Below the pieces are notes generated by a model that worked only from the letters and a program-made list of their open reading frames with translations, was not told the origin of the DNA and did not search any database. Both the position numbers and the translations under genes were made by a program. A DNA stretch of 64,000 nt from Carcharhinus longimanus. Its lineage: Eukaryota. The number at the start of each line of letters is the position of its first letter. Positions within the stretch are counted from its first letter, which is position 1. Positions 11,563 to 24,069 of the stretch are shown here, piece by piece. The stretch is taken from NCBI GenBank assembly GCA_030264375.1, contig JASCQW010000162.1:85217343-85281342 (forward strand). The letters run 5' to 3'.

Positions 11563-14500
11563 CTGTCAAAAAGAGGAGAGAAAACAAACAAGGAAGTTGT
11601 TAGCAAGAATCATTAGTACACAGGTTGATGCAATTTTTTTAAACTTAAAATGAAGGTTAGATCAAGTTTAGTCAAAGCTTGGTGAATAAGAGGGCAAGAG
11701 CGTTTCAGTCAAAACCATCTTTTGACTTTACAACAGACACTGGAGCACAGAACTGTACACAATGACCACAAATGACAGATACTTGTCTGAGTCAAAATGT
11801 AAAGATAAAACCATGCTTGGAGTTCAGTACTGCATCATCACCAGTGCAGCCAAAGACTTGTTGTTGGAAGCAATAATGAGGTCAAACTAAACTTAACCTA
11901 AGACACAACCCACTCTTGGTTGACTGGATTCACACCTCATCAATCTCATACACTGTTGGGTTGCTGCAACACAGTGAGGCAAATGCTTTGTTCCCCCAAA
12001 TCCACCAGCTATTTTGTATTGTTAGGAAAGTTAGTAGATGAATCAACTGTGGCTCAAGTCATTCGATAAAGCCCCCAAAAACACTCCTCCCCGGATCATC
12101 AAAAATGTGACCATTCATACTCAGCTGTAGTTGAAGGAAATATAGAAAGGGGTTTGCTATATTTCATTCCAGTTCAAAAGTTAGTTGCAAAATGCTTATC
12201 CTAAAAAAGAATATTCAATGAGAAAGCCTTTAACCTCAGTTGTAAAATGACTGCTACCAATTGGCCTCACCAAAATTACTGCTGTTGGACACTGTTCAGA
12301 TTGTAAAACCAGACCAGCCTTTCAGCACTAGCCGGTGGGAAATTCAAAAGTCATTTCAAAAGAGGTTAATGCACACTTCATGTTACTGTGGGTCATTCAC
12401 TTTCATTTGTTTGTGTTGGAAGCTGACATAATTCTCTCAGGCTTTAAAACCCTGTACTTTTAGATTGATAGCCTAATGTATACTTTAATATAATGCTCCA
12501 TTAAACAACAAAATACTGATGCTACATGTTACTGGATGCATAAGAGCTTATGTTTGTGCAGTGGCCTTTTTCTGAGTTTACTCTAAATCTGCCCCCTAGT
12601 GGAAATAAAATTTCTTCCACTTAATCCACAGACACCACATTCAAATTCACATGAAGGCCACCACAGAGTTAGAGGAAGCCAAATCAATTCCCTTTCTGTT
12701 TTTTGAGAGATTGTGATGTGTTCAATTTGCCCATAATTTGTCTCCAGACCTTATATGCAAAAACAAAAGCATTATTTCAAGCACTTCGTCATATTCTTCC
12801 ACAGATCAACATTCATGGGGAGTCTGTAAAATTGGTGCTTAAATGGTGGAGCCACTTTTCTCTTTGTCTTACCCTTGCCTTTCTCTCCAGACATCACGTG
12901 AGAAGTGTTGTTTCAAGTAACTTACTTAGCGGGTAATCTTTTCTGAGGTGTTTGTTGAAGAGTCAGCATTTCACAGTTGTGGAAGAGTAATGAAAGTTGA
13001 GGAACAGACCTTAGAAATTATTCCAGCTGAAAGTTTACTTCATTGACACTCGGTGCTAGTTTTGCCACCTTACTTCCCATCCTCCAGAGCAAAGTTAAAA
13101 TTAGAGGGACCCTCCCTTTATTTTTTTCAAATTCCTTGCACAATTGAGGAGAAAAAATATTCTGATGTCTAAAATGTCAGACAGATTTGAATGGGTTTAT
13201 TCTAGCATCAGAAGAAGCTCTGATCTAAGAATTAATGTCTAATTTGATATATATTTACCAGAATTGAATTGGACTAAAAAAAAATCAGAAAAATAATCAT
13301 GCTTTTAGCTTGGAGATGAAAGTTGCGGAGTTCCTCTCCTGTCTGTCGATATTTAACGTTGTGGCAGAAGCATTATTTAGTCTTCAATCTCCAAGCCAGC
13401 AGGAGGAGGACTCTGTGCCAAGGTTCTCCTTCTCTTGCAGATAAACTGGCCAAGATAGGTGAAGCCTTTTGTGAAGGTACCCAAAATACCCACTCCATAT
13501 TAGCATATTAGACAGACAGAGAGAATGGAATCACTAACTCTGTCCGTCGAGACTTTTTTTGAATGGAGTTCTCCACATATCATGGATTGAAGGTCAATGT
13601 AGCTCATCTCAGGTAATTAGCAACAGACTGGGAGAAGCAAGAGATGGGAATGGAGGAGGACACTGGTACATACGTTTTACAGAACAGAAAACAGCTAATT
13701 TGGTTCACTGGTCAAAGTTCCTCATGAATATCCTCCCAACCTACTTCATCTAACCCTATAAACATATCCTTTGATTCTTTATTCCCTCAGGTATTTATCT
13801 GTTTTCTACATAAATACATTTATCCCTTTCACCTCAACTGCTCCTTACTGTACTTTTAGTAAGCATCACTCCAAATTTCATGTCATATTGTGTTAGATTC
13901 TGAAGAACATCCACTGCTTAGTGAATGTGACCAATTGCCTCCATTCCAGTGAGAAAATAACAGTAACAAAGACTACACTACATTACGTAATGGTCTGTGA
14001 AAATTAGTTTCAACTTCAGTAGGCATCCAGTGGTCCATAATGGATTGACTGTTGGTACAGATGACTGGTAAACCCTAAACTCCTAACCAGGTCACCAAAG
14101 AATTCAAGTACTTCCTCAATACGTTGTTATGCAACTTCCTGTATACCTCCCTGAGATTGAATAGCCTTGAATCAGTGAACTCTACGAGAAAGGTGGGGTT
14201 TACCTGATGGGGAGGATGGGCAGCAAGAGAAGGGATGCAAAGCAAGGTCCATAGAAGAACACCTGCAGCTTGAAAGCAGAAGCTAACATGACATGATTAT
14301 TAAAACATGCACAAGTAGGTAGTCATCAATGGAGATAGGAAATAGACTGACCTCAGATTATTTCTCATGGTATTTGGAAAGTAGTAAAAAGTGAAAAAAT
14401 ACTTCCTAAACTGCTTAACTATCTGCAAAGACAACTCATTATTGACAGCTTCTCTGTGCTTTGTACAGTTCTGTAATGTTTTAATCAAACATTTTAGACA

Positions 14501-14640
14501 TGATGGATATTTTGTCTCACACAAAAAGAATTTACATCTGATGGATTAGCTGCATCAAGTTCAAATTGCAGCTGTTTGAAGGCCAAAGCAAAATAAATAA
14601 ACTATACTCGACAATCGAAACAGCTTAGAAGAAACGCTAC

Positions 14641-14752
14641 CTTCTCGCCATATCCCCGATCCTTGGTCATCATTTCTCGAAGAGTCTGTAGAACTTTGAT
14701 GCACAACTTCTCTTCATTCTCTTCCAATAGTTGCTTTGTGTGTTTAATCAGC
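14641..14752 (-). CDS. ITPR1: ITPR1 coding exon (~exon 39)
   Basis: taacag|G CTG ... GAG AAG|gtagcg; [37 protein letters not shown]; 112 nt, phase 2-0. Confidence 0.97.
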
Positions 14753-15530
14753 CTGTTACAAATGAAAGCGAGTCCTCAGTCGCAATGTGGTAGCATCTCG
14801 GCCTCCCAAAAGTTTTCAAGCAGTTGACAAGAGGGAAATTTAATCTCTGGAAGATCACGGGACATATTGTATTGTCCACTACCAGCCAGCCTCTCAGGAA
14901 ACGAGAAGGGGCACAGCCTTGCTGCTGTTGCAAATGGCTTAAGAATAAATGAACAAAAATGTCATTGGATGTAGGCCATTATTTCTCAAATCAACACCAG
15001 CTGGCAAGTGAATGAAGCCCAAGAAAAAAAGATGCACCGATATATTCACCTCACCCTGTCCAACAAAATTTATACTTACAAAGTGTAACTTTCCTTCTTT
15101 TAAGCTCTTAAATTGAGTCCAAGTAACTAAGAGTGGGAAGGCGTGATAAATGCACTAAGACCGCATGCGTGTCTCTCATTTGATCTGTCTTGGTTAAAAA
15201 CGCTACCATCTTGGTTTGGCCTTTCATCACTTAACATATCTCAGAGAACTGATTGGGCAGGAATCCCACCAATGGCTGTCACTCACTGGATTGTTGTATT
15301 TGTGCTCCAGTGCTGAGCTATTCCAAATCAACTCTTCAACCAATATAATGCAGAGAGATATATTTTGCTTAATGATTATAAATTTCCAAAGCAGAAATCC
15401 ATTATGAATACATGTTTAAAATAGCTCTGTGGGAGAGATTGTTTCTACCAAACATGTTTGCCATGAAATGTTAACTTTAAAAAAAGCTCAATCAGCAGCA
15501 CAAGTAGGTGGCGACAATTGGAACACTTAC

Positions 15531-15679
15531 TTGCAGATAAACCCGCCACTTTCACATTTGCGTCTTGCCTCAGTATTCTCTGGGAAAAGTAGCTCGGGAC
15601 GATGAAGGACATCAACCAGGACAGAAAGCTCTGCCTGAACGAGGGGACGGAGCCTATCTTCGAGTGCTGACACTATATC
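15531..15679 (-). CDS. ITPR1: ITPR1 coding exon (~exon 38)
   Basis: atgcag|GAT ATA ... TGC AA|gtaagt; [49 protein letters not shown](K); 149 nt, phase 0-2. Confidence 0.98.
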
Positions 15680-17164
15680 CTGCATGTCAATAAACAGCGC
15701 CATTTAATTGTCAATTCCACAAGTAAAGCAGACACAAATATTTCCTACAGCACCATCCCAAAAGTAGGTGGTTTCTAAAAGGTTAACCCGCATGAATTGC
15801 CAGCGAGCTTCATTCACTTAGTGAGAACCTATTTACCTACTAATTCCCTGCAAATGCTTGTCAGTTGCAAGATGAGTTATAAAGGACCATGATTATACCA
15901 CAGAAAGCAGTTGCCAAAATCCCCCACTGTAATTATTAAAATTGACAGCAGCAATAACTACACTTGAAATGTTAACGCTCTCCTCCACTTAAAGGCCATT
16001 ATCATGAAAGAAAGGTGTCAGAAATTAGAGAAGTTCTTTCCCTCTTCCCTGCCCCTCCATAATGCATCATGATTATGGAGTGAGTGGATCACTCCATAGG
16101 TTAGGATGGGTATGATTCCATCTCACTTCTACGCAAGCTAACAGCTTTCAGTTGAGGCAGTGAAAGTAACACTACAATTTGTTCCAGCAATTCAAAACTA
16201 TGGAGTACGGCTGTGGTGACTGTCCCTTTAACTGCCACACAGCAGAGTAAGGGGCAGTCACCACAACCTCAGACAAAACCCACCAGGGTTTCCACCCTGG
16301 ACAGCACCTCCAACTTCACGCTCTGCTAAACATGCACAGCACTGTATGGACAGACATGCATAGTGTAACAGTTCTGAGGAATGCAAGTTTATGTGAAGGG
16401 TTGATGTAAGCTAATGTTACAACTTGGTCAACATGCAGCATGGTTTAGACTGGTATCGCTGTCAAAATAAAGTCATGTGCTTTAAGAATACGAACTCAAA
16501 ATGAATTCTATTGTTTATCTCATTCATATCAATAAACGTGTATGAATGCACCCAAAAGCCAAGGCAGCCACTATTCTGATTTCTTGGTATTATTTTGCTT
16601 TAAAACCTTCATTCTTGGAAATTTTATCGTTCCCTTATGTTTTTTCAAGCATAGTTATGTTGCAGTTAATAACTTAAGCTTCCAAGAAAAATCCAACTTG
16701 CTCACATCTCTGAATGATTCGTCAATTCATGCAAGGGGCAAGCTGCTAGGCAAAGCAACAATTCAGCTTTCACCCTGTTTCCATTTCAAACGTTCAGGGC
16801 CTCCTAACTTGAACACGTTGTCATTCTCCCAGTGCCCCTCGGAACAGCAGAAGGATGGAGGAATGAAGTGAATGGGTCAGGTTACAGACACGGAGATGAA
16901 GAAACCACCAGAATTTAGTGATCCAATGATTGAGCAGAGTAAAGAATTAAACAATGCAAACAGAGAACGACACCCTCGGAGGAAGCAGATCTTCAAACAC
17001 AAAACACAGAGCTGCAGAGAGGAAAAGAATGAGATAGTTTTAAGATAATGGAACAGAACGGCGAAAGAAATGAACTGAAATCAATGAAATATTACACTCA
17101 AAGCAGAAAGTTGATGAAAGGCAATATGTCCACAGAGACTCGCGGCCTGCATCCCTTTGCATAC

Positions 17165-17349
17165 CTGCAATCTCTCGATTATATTCCGATAATCCCGGGA
17201 GGCAGCAAGAACGGAATCTCTCCGGGCAGCATTGCGTGCTGACATTCGCCAGCTTAGGGCAGTCTTCTGGACAATGTTGTGAGACTTGAGGAAGAGATTG
17301 TTGACTTGACTGTCCAAGTCTACAGGGATTGCTATAGCTCGACTCTTGG
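17165..17349 (-). CDS. ITPR1: ITPR1 coding exon (~exon 37): calmodulin-binding segment and RRDS PKA/PKG site
   Basis: ttgcag|CC AAG ... TTG CAG|gtatgc; [62 protein letters not shown]; 185 nt, phase 1-0. The NAARRDS motif is diagnostic of type 1. Confidence 0.98.
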
Positions 17350-17429
17350 CTGCAATGGAGATTAAACAAATTAAAGCATTTGTTAGAAGTTTGTGAGCAA
17401 TGCAATTGTAAATGTGCAAATGCAAAAAT

Positions 17430-17850
17430 TAGGGGAAAGACGGTGGCCTAGTNNNNNNNNNNNNNNNNNNCCAATCCGGAGCCCTGACTAGTGGCTTGGG
17501 GCTAGGGGTTTAAATCTCACCATGCAACTGATGCAATTTAAACTCAATTAATAAAAAAAATGCAGTTAATCAATAATTATGGAATTGAAAAAAGTAGTCT
17601 TCGCATTACTTAACATGAAATTATCATCGATTGTCATAAAAACCCACCTGGTTTACTAATGTGTTTGAGGGAAGGAAATCTGCCATCTTTACTTGGACTG
17701 GCCTAGCCTACATGCAACTCCAAACCCACTGCAAGACATTGACTCATAGCTGCCCTCTGAAATAGCCAAACAGGCCACCTTAAGGGCAATTCATGATGGG
17801 TAATAAAGGCTAGTCTTGGCAGTGACACACACATCCCATAGAAGAATAAG
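17430..17850 (+). mobile_element. tRNA-headed SINE with a LINE-shared tail
   Basis: ggtggcctagt head, ggtttaaatc B-box-like motif, gggaaggaaatctgcc core, ends catcccatagaagaataag like the LINE end at ~26370. Related copies at ~110-400(-), 31590-31890(+), 37065-37420(-), 53750-54090(-), 56060-56370(-), 62740-63030(-). Confidence 0.7.
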
Positions 17851-18228
17851 AAATATATACTTGTGAAGGTTTCATTGACTAAGAAGAATGCACTGCTGGC
17901 ATCTTTTGAACTTAACGTCCAAATGTGCCAAGTTCTCCCAGTGTTATGATGGGAATTTGGCCCTGATTACTTGGGCTTGACGCTAGACCAGCGAACAGGG
18001 AGTTGAATCAATTAAAACCAATTGGAAATGCATTTTAAAAATTCTAATTAATCAATTCCTCATCCTGTAAGGTAGAATAGTTTGAAATTAATGAAAACTA
18101 AGCACCCATCTTCCTTCACCGCAATAACATTACTGTGCCGCTTATAACTTTTCTCTCTTCAGCTTAGTTTTCCCCTGCCAGTACCAGGCGTAAATCACAA
18201 CCTGATAAAAATAGCACTCTGGCTATTA

Positions 18229-18545
18229 TGGGTGGCACAGTGGTTAGCCCTGCTACCTCAGCACCAGGGACTCAGGTTCGATTCCAGCCGTGGGTGACTG
18301 CCTGTGTGAAGTTTGCACGTTCTCCCCACGTCTGTGTCAGTTTCTACTGGGTGCTCCAATTTCCTCCCACAGTCTAAAGATGTGCTGGTTAGCTGGATTG
18401 GCCTTGCTAAATTGCTTCTTAGTGTAGATTAGGGGGATTAGTGGGGTTAATACTTGGGGTTTTGGGACGGGGTGAGCCTAGTGCTCTTTCGGAGAGTTGG
18501 CTCGATGGGTCAAATGGCTTCCTTCTGCATTGTAGGGATTCGATG
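18229..18545 (+). mobile_element. HE1-like SINE
   Basis: Same head, core and tail as the 6846 copy. Confidence 0.85.
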
Positions 18546-19162
18546 AATATTCACAGCTGCACCAGTCATAGAAACTCATGCTCATTCTTGGGGACAAGCC
18601 AAGAACAGCTTTCATTGGCCTTACCATCACTGCCACAAGCAAAATAATCAAAAGATAGAGACCAGAAGGTTGACAATGCCAGTGAGCCATTCAGTGTGGT
18701 GGCCAGAGTCATTGTCCTGTTTCGCCCTTTTGCTGCTGCGATTCCTGTCCCTTATCTCAACTCAGCACCATCATCCATATTAGCAACATTTCCAGAAAAT
18801 ATACTGTCAAACTGTCAGTATTGAAGTTTACAAGTTCTGCATATTTTATATGACAAGTTCTGCACTGTAGGAATTCAATGATCCAAGTCCTGTTATACTT
18901 TATAATAACTGACTGCTTTGGTGGAATCCACTGAAATTCCTCTTTCTCTCCTTTACAGCTTCCTTAGTCCTAAAGATTTTGTATCAATGTATTTACACTA
19001 GAACAGACCCTCACAGCTGCATGAACAAATCACAGCTTCCATATAACGTGTCCCCCGCAATTCCTGTACTAGCAGAAACTGAGTCAATATAAAAGGATTA
19101 TGCAGCATAGTTGATTCCTGTTTCTGGGATTGGATTTCAATCCAGCCCAAGCTGAGGAAACT

Positions 19163-19458
19163 TTGGTGGCACAGTGATTAGTACTGCTGCCTCACAGCAC
19201 CAGGGACCCAGGTTCGAATCTTGGCTTGGGTCACTGCCTGTGCTGAGTCTGTATGTTCGCCCTGTGTCTGCATGGGCTTCCTCCAGGTGCTCAGGCTGCC
19301 TCTCAGTCTGAAAGACGTGCTAGTTAGGTGGATTGGCCATGCTAAGTTCTCCCTCAGTGTACCCGAACAGGCGCCGGAGTGTGGCAACTAGGGGATTTTC
19401 ACAGTGACTTCATTGCAGTGTTAGTGTAAACCTATTTTTGACAATAATAAATAAACTT
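19163..19458 (+). mobile_element. HE1-headed SINE variant with a different 3' tail
   Basis: HE1 head and core, then aagttctccctcagtgtacccgaacaggcgccgg...aataaataaacttt in place of the attctatg tail. Confidence 0.8.
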
Positions 19459-20324
19459 TCTAAAAAACTTTTTAATCGCTTTGCTCTGCTGCCAGTAAAA
19501 AGCATCCTGGCATTAAATAAGTTTGGGTAGTCTTGCACTGATGAGCAAAGGCCTCTGGGGATAAAGTGACCACAATTTGGTATGGTATGGAGTAATTCTA
19601 GTCACAGAAGTTAAAAGGTTGGCTGATAAGAGAAAAGGAAACATTCATGAGTGAAGTTTAAATGAAGGTTCACTTTGCACTTTAACACAGTTAGTTGGTG
19701 TTGTAAATGAGCAGTACCTACTCTTGCAAAGAAAGGGCTTGTTTTCAGCCAAAGCACTAATGTTTCTCAGTTAAATCACTATAGTGGTAAACTCTTTGCC
19801 ACACATTCCAAGGGCTGGTGTTCCAAGAATATGAAGCACTTTGCTGTGGGCAATTTGAGCTCATTACCAAGACCCATGCATTATGTGGCATCCAAGTTAC
19901 ACCAGGCTAGGAATCCACAGGTTTGTCACCTCATTTGGCTGACATTTGAACATTGTCCAGCTCTGCTGATGTGGGCAGGAAGTTGACCCTGTGGCTTGAC
20001 TGGGGGTGTGAGCCTTGAGAACCACATCCACCCCCCATTGCCCCTCCCCAGATCAAAGATATATAGTGTTAAGTAGACTCATGGCAGGGAAGCAAGCCCA
20101 GGTTAATTGACCACGTCGCCTCATGAATGGCAGTCACAAAGTTGGTAGAACAGAGCAGCAAACTATTCTTCAGCTTACTGAAAAACAATTGGCAATGTGG
20201 TGCATTAAGAACAGTGATTATTTCAATGCATCAGTTTTGAATACAGTGGTGTATTTTCACTGTTTACCAATCTACAATAATGTATCCTTAACAATCCCCA
20301 GCCCAGCCCCAGTAAAATGCTTAC

Positions 20325-20445
20325 CGACTTCTGACAGCACCTTAATGCAACTCTCAACTGAAGCTTTCTGGGTAGCAGACAGCCAAGGGCAGTGGTACAC
20401 TCTGAACACCCCTTGCAACAACTGCACAAAGATAGGCTGGCGAGT
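20325..20445 (-). CDS. ITPR1: ITPR1 coding exon (~exon 36)
   Basis: atctag|ACT CGC ... GTC G|gtaagc; [40 protein letters not shown]; 121 nt, phase 0-1. Not in the ORF track. Confidence 0.96.
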
Positions 20446-21831
20446 CTAGATAATTCATAGAGGGGAAAAAAAAAACAATTAACAGTATGCTTTGTATTTA
20501 TGAAATAAAAATGCTCAAGGACTAGAATATTACTGCAATGTGATTCCCCTACTGGAAGTGTTTCCTAATCATAATGTAAAGATTCCAGCACACTCTATTC
20601 CTGGAACTCGTCATCCTTTAGCATTAAAATTGATATTTCTCCACTTTTATGAACAGTTGAACTAAGTCCCACTTCAGGTCCAGAATTATGATTTAGAACT
20701 AATTCAAACACAAATTTTGAGCAAAACAACATTTGATTGTCTTTATACATGTACTGACAATATTGAACCAGATGAATGGTCAGTGCCAGCTTCAACACCA
20801 GTGAGAATTGTTGGTTATCAATATTACAGAGACTCAATTTACGTCAGATTTTGAAACAGAAAATGTAAGTGCTTCTATTTTGAACTTGCCTCGTTCAGTA
20901 CGAATGTTCCAAATTAAAACACCGTTCTGAACAACTTGCTGGGCATTGGGAAAACAGAAGGGGAACAAGTCTAACCGAACAGGTCTTTCAAAGAGCCAGA
21001 ATGGATTTGATGGGCTAAACAGCTCCATTTCGTTGTGTCAAATTCTAAGTAGTGTTGGGCAATAATCTCCTCATCGTAACTATCTTTAACATTATGGAGG
21101 ATACTTGTCAATGTAGCAATTACTTGCACTTGAAAAAAAACATCTACAGCGGGCTGTAGCTTCCTTGGAGCGGCAATCATCATAAGATTGTCACTGTGCC
21201 CAATTACCTTGGTGGGTTTTCTTCAATGCCCATCTTACCTGACCTCCTGCTCAGGCTGTGCCAAGTCAAGCCACACAGCTTTCCTTAGGACCCAGCAATG
21301 CAGTCCAGCTGCATTGAATGAGGACACACCACCAACCCCACATTTTTCTCAGCATTAGCTGCCCAAAGCCAGGGAGGTTAAATGTTCTGACGAGAAGGTC
21401 AGTGCCTATAATAAGTGAATAGGATTTCAGAGTGGGTCTGAAATCAGGGATCAGGCCAGGTCTGTGAGGCAAGCATCAGGTCAGGCTTCCAGGATGGGGG
21501 AGGCTTGCTTGGCTTGGCCCGGCCCAGGCTGGACTGGGTGGGGGAGATCCATGTAGGGAGTCTGACTGGGCTCTTTGCAATAGTTAGCCAAAAATTAGAA
21601 GAGGTTCTAATTCCTCTAAGTTTTTATGAGTAACTATTGTATTTCCCTGTCCGGAGCATCCTACATTTGCAATTTAAATCACATTTTCGGATGGTTCCAA
21701 GCGTAGGGCAATTGCAGACGGGGGTTAGCGCTTTTGGAAAATTCCCATGCAAGCCCTTATCTGTAAGGTTCAAACTTTCGGTAACTCCCCCAAATCCGAT
21801 GCAGTGGAGCTCTGAACTAAAGACCCTATAA

Positions 21832-22612
21832 CAGAGTCATAGAGGTTTACAGCATGGAAACAGACCCTTTGGCCCAACTTGTCCATGATGCCCTTTTTTT
21901 AAAATCTCCAAGCTAGTCCCAACTGCCCACATTTGGCCCATATCCCTCTATACCATCTTACCCATGTAACTGTCTAAATGCTTTTTGAAAGACAAAATTT
22001 TACCCGCCTCTACTACTACCTCTGGCAGCTTGTTCCAGACACTCACCACCCTGTATGCAAAAAAATTGTCCCTCTGGACACTTTTGTATCTCTCCCTTCT
22101 CACCTTAAACCTATGCCCTCTAGTTTTAGACTCTCCTAACTTTGGGAAAAGATATTGACTATCTAGCTGATCTATATCCCTCATTATTTTATAGACCTCT
22201 ATAAGATCATCCCTCAGCCTGCTACACTCCAAGGAAAAAAATCCCAGTCTATCCAGCTTCCCCATATAATTCAAACCATCAAGTCTCAGTAGCATTCTAG
22301 TACATCTTTTCTGCACTTTTTCTAGTTTAATAATATCCTTTCTATAATAAGGTGATCAGAACTGTACACACTATTCCAATGAGGCCTTACCAATGTCTTG
22401 TACAATTTCAACAAGCCGTCCCAACTCCTGTATTCAATGTTCTGATCAATGAAACCAAGAATGCTGAATGCCTTCTTCACCATTCTGTCCACTGTGACTC
22501 TGCTTTCAAGGAGCTATGAAAATGTACCCCTAGATCTCTCTGTTTTGTAAGTCTCCCCAACACCCTACCAATAACAGAGTAAGTCCTTCCTGGTTCGATC
22601 TACCAAAACACA
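21832..22612 (-). mobile_element. CR1/HER1-type LINE 3' fragment
   Basis: ORF 21948..22316 (LGFFSLECSRLRDDLIEVYKIM...KTRGH...RVVSVWNKLPEVVV) is a CR1 ORF2 C-terminus; ctctatgactct-type tail. Confidence 0.9.
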
Positions 22613-22903
22613 TCATATAACATCTGGCACTTCTAAACAAAACAACCAACTGGCAATTCCTGCAATTCAAAATTGGACTACGCATTTACTACAAGTCTTG
22701 GATCATCTGTTGTAAGCAAACCCCAATACAAACTGCTGTCTCTACTTCCAAGTCTAACAATGGAATATTAAGGTTCATGAGAAAAAAGTTAATCTGTGGT
22801 TCATGGACACAACAGTTGAAACAGTCATTCTTGTGAAAAAGCAAATCAAGTAATAAGATCCAAGTTAATACTGATTTACAAGAGGCATTTGTCAATCAAG
22901 TTC

Positions 22904-23168
22904 ATGGTGGCATAGTGGTTAGCACTGCTGCCTCAGTGCCAGGGACCCGGGTTCAATTGCGGCCTTGGATCACTGTCTGTGTGGAGTTTGCACGTTCTCC
23001 TCTTGTCTGTGTGGGTTTCCTCCAGGTGTTCTGGTTTCCTCCCACACTCCAAAGATATGCGGGTTAAGTGGATTGGCCATAGTAAACGTGCTGGGTTGAG
23101 GATAGGTCTCAGAGCTGATGCAGACCTCTGAGCCAAATGGCCTCCTTTTGCACTATAGGGATTTTATG
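22904..23168 (+). mobile_element. HE1-like SINE (internally deleted)
   Basis: HE1 head, core and tail motifs. Confidence 0.85.
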
Positions 23169-23477
23169 AAGTTTATTCAGATTTTGAGGAATCACCAAAA
23201 TTCATGGATAGCCATGACATAAAATTCAGATGTGCATCGATTAAGTCACCTTGAGATGTTGGATGTAGAAAGTAGTAAATGAGATACAAAGGCTGAACAA
23301 TAATGGTGCTATTTGCTCAATGACACATCTAACCAGCCCCAGGACAACTGGCATTCACAATTCTGCTCAAAAGCACAATATCTCAGCCCTTTGTCAATAT
23401 CATCCAATTAAATGGAATTCCGCAAAGCCACAATTGAAATGTACAACAAAACAGAGGCAAAATATAGAATGGCTGCA

Positions 23478-23785
23478 CACATAAGAACATAAGAAATAGG
23501 AGCAGGAGTAGGCCATCTAGCCCTTCGAGCCTGCCCCGCCATTCAATAAGNNNNNNNNNNNNNNNNNNNNNNNNNNNNNNNNNNNNNNNNNNNNNNNNNN
23601 NNNNNNNNNNNNNNNNNNNNNNNNNNNNNNNNNNNNNNNNNNNNNNNNNNCCTCTATCCACCGCACTAGACACATCCTCATAGAATTCCAATAAATTCGT
23701 CAGACACGACTTCCCCTTAACAAATCCATGCTGCGTCTGCTCTATCAAACAATTCTTCTCAAGATGCCTCGCTATTTCTTCTTTA
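23478..23785 (-). mobile_element. Young CR1 LINE collapsed across a gap
   Basis: RT motif QHGFVKGKSCLTNLLEFYE on one side of the gap, 3' tail (TTCTTATG)n on the other. Confidence 0.85.
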
Positions 23786-24069
23786 GAAATAAAAACACAA
23801 AATGCGAGTCAACACTCAACAGGTCAGACGCGTTTGTACAGATGGAAGTAAAATCCTGATAGAAAGTCATCAATGTGAAAGGTTAACCTTGTTTCTCTCT
23901 CCACAAATGCTGCCTGAGCAGATGAGTGTTACTCAAACTTTTTATTATTATGGGCACTGGACCGATAGCCCAAGCAGGCATTGTATTAAACTCAGCAAAA
24001 ACATTCTTCATGCTTCACTTTGCATAATTAATTCCCACTAAATGCAACTCAATCGCTGACAGTATTGGT

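Noticed and set aside
20595-21183. Three tandem minus-strand ORFs as a possible pseudogene or transposase
   Set aside because: No recognisable motif; adjacent to MITE-like remnants; cannot be supported without a database search.
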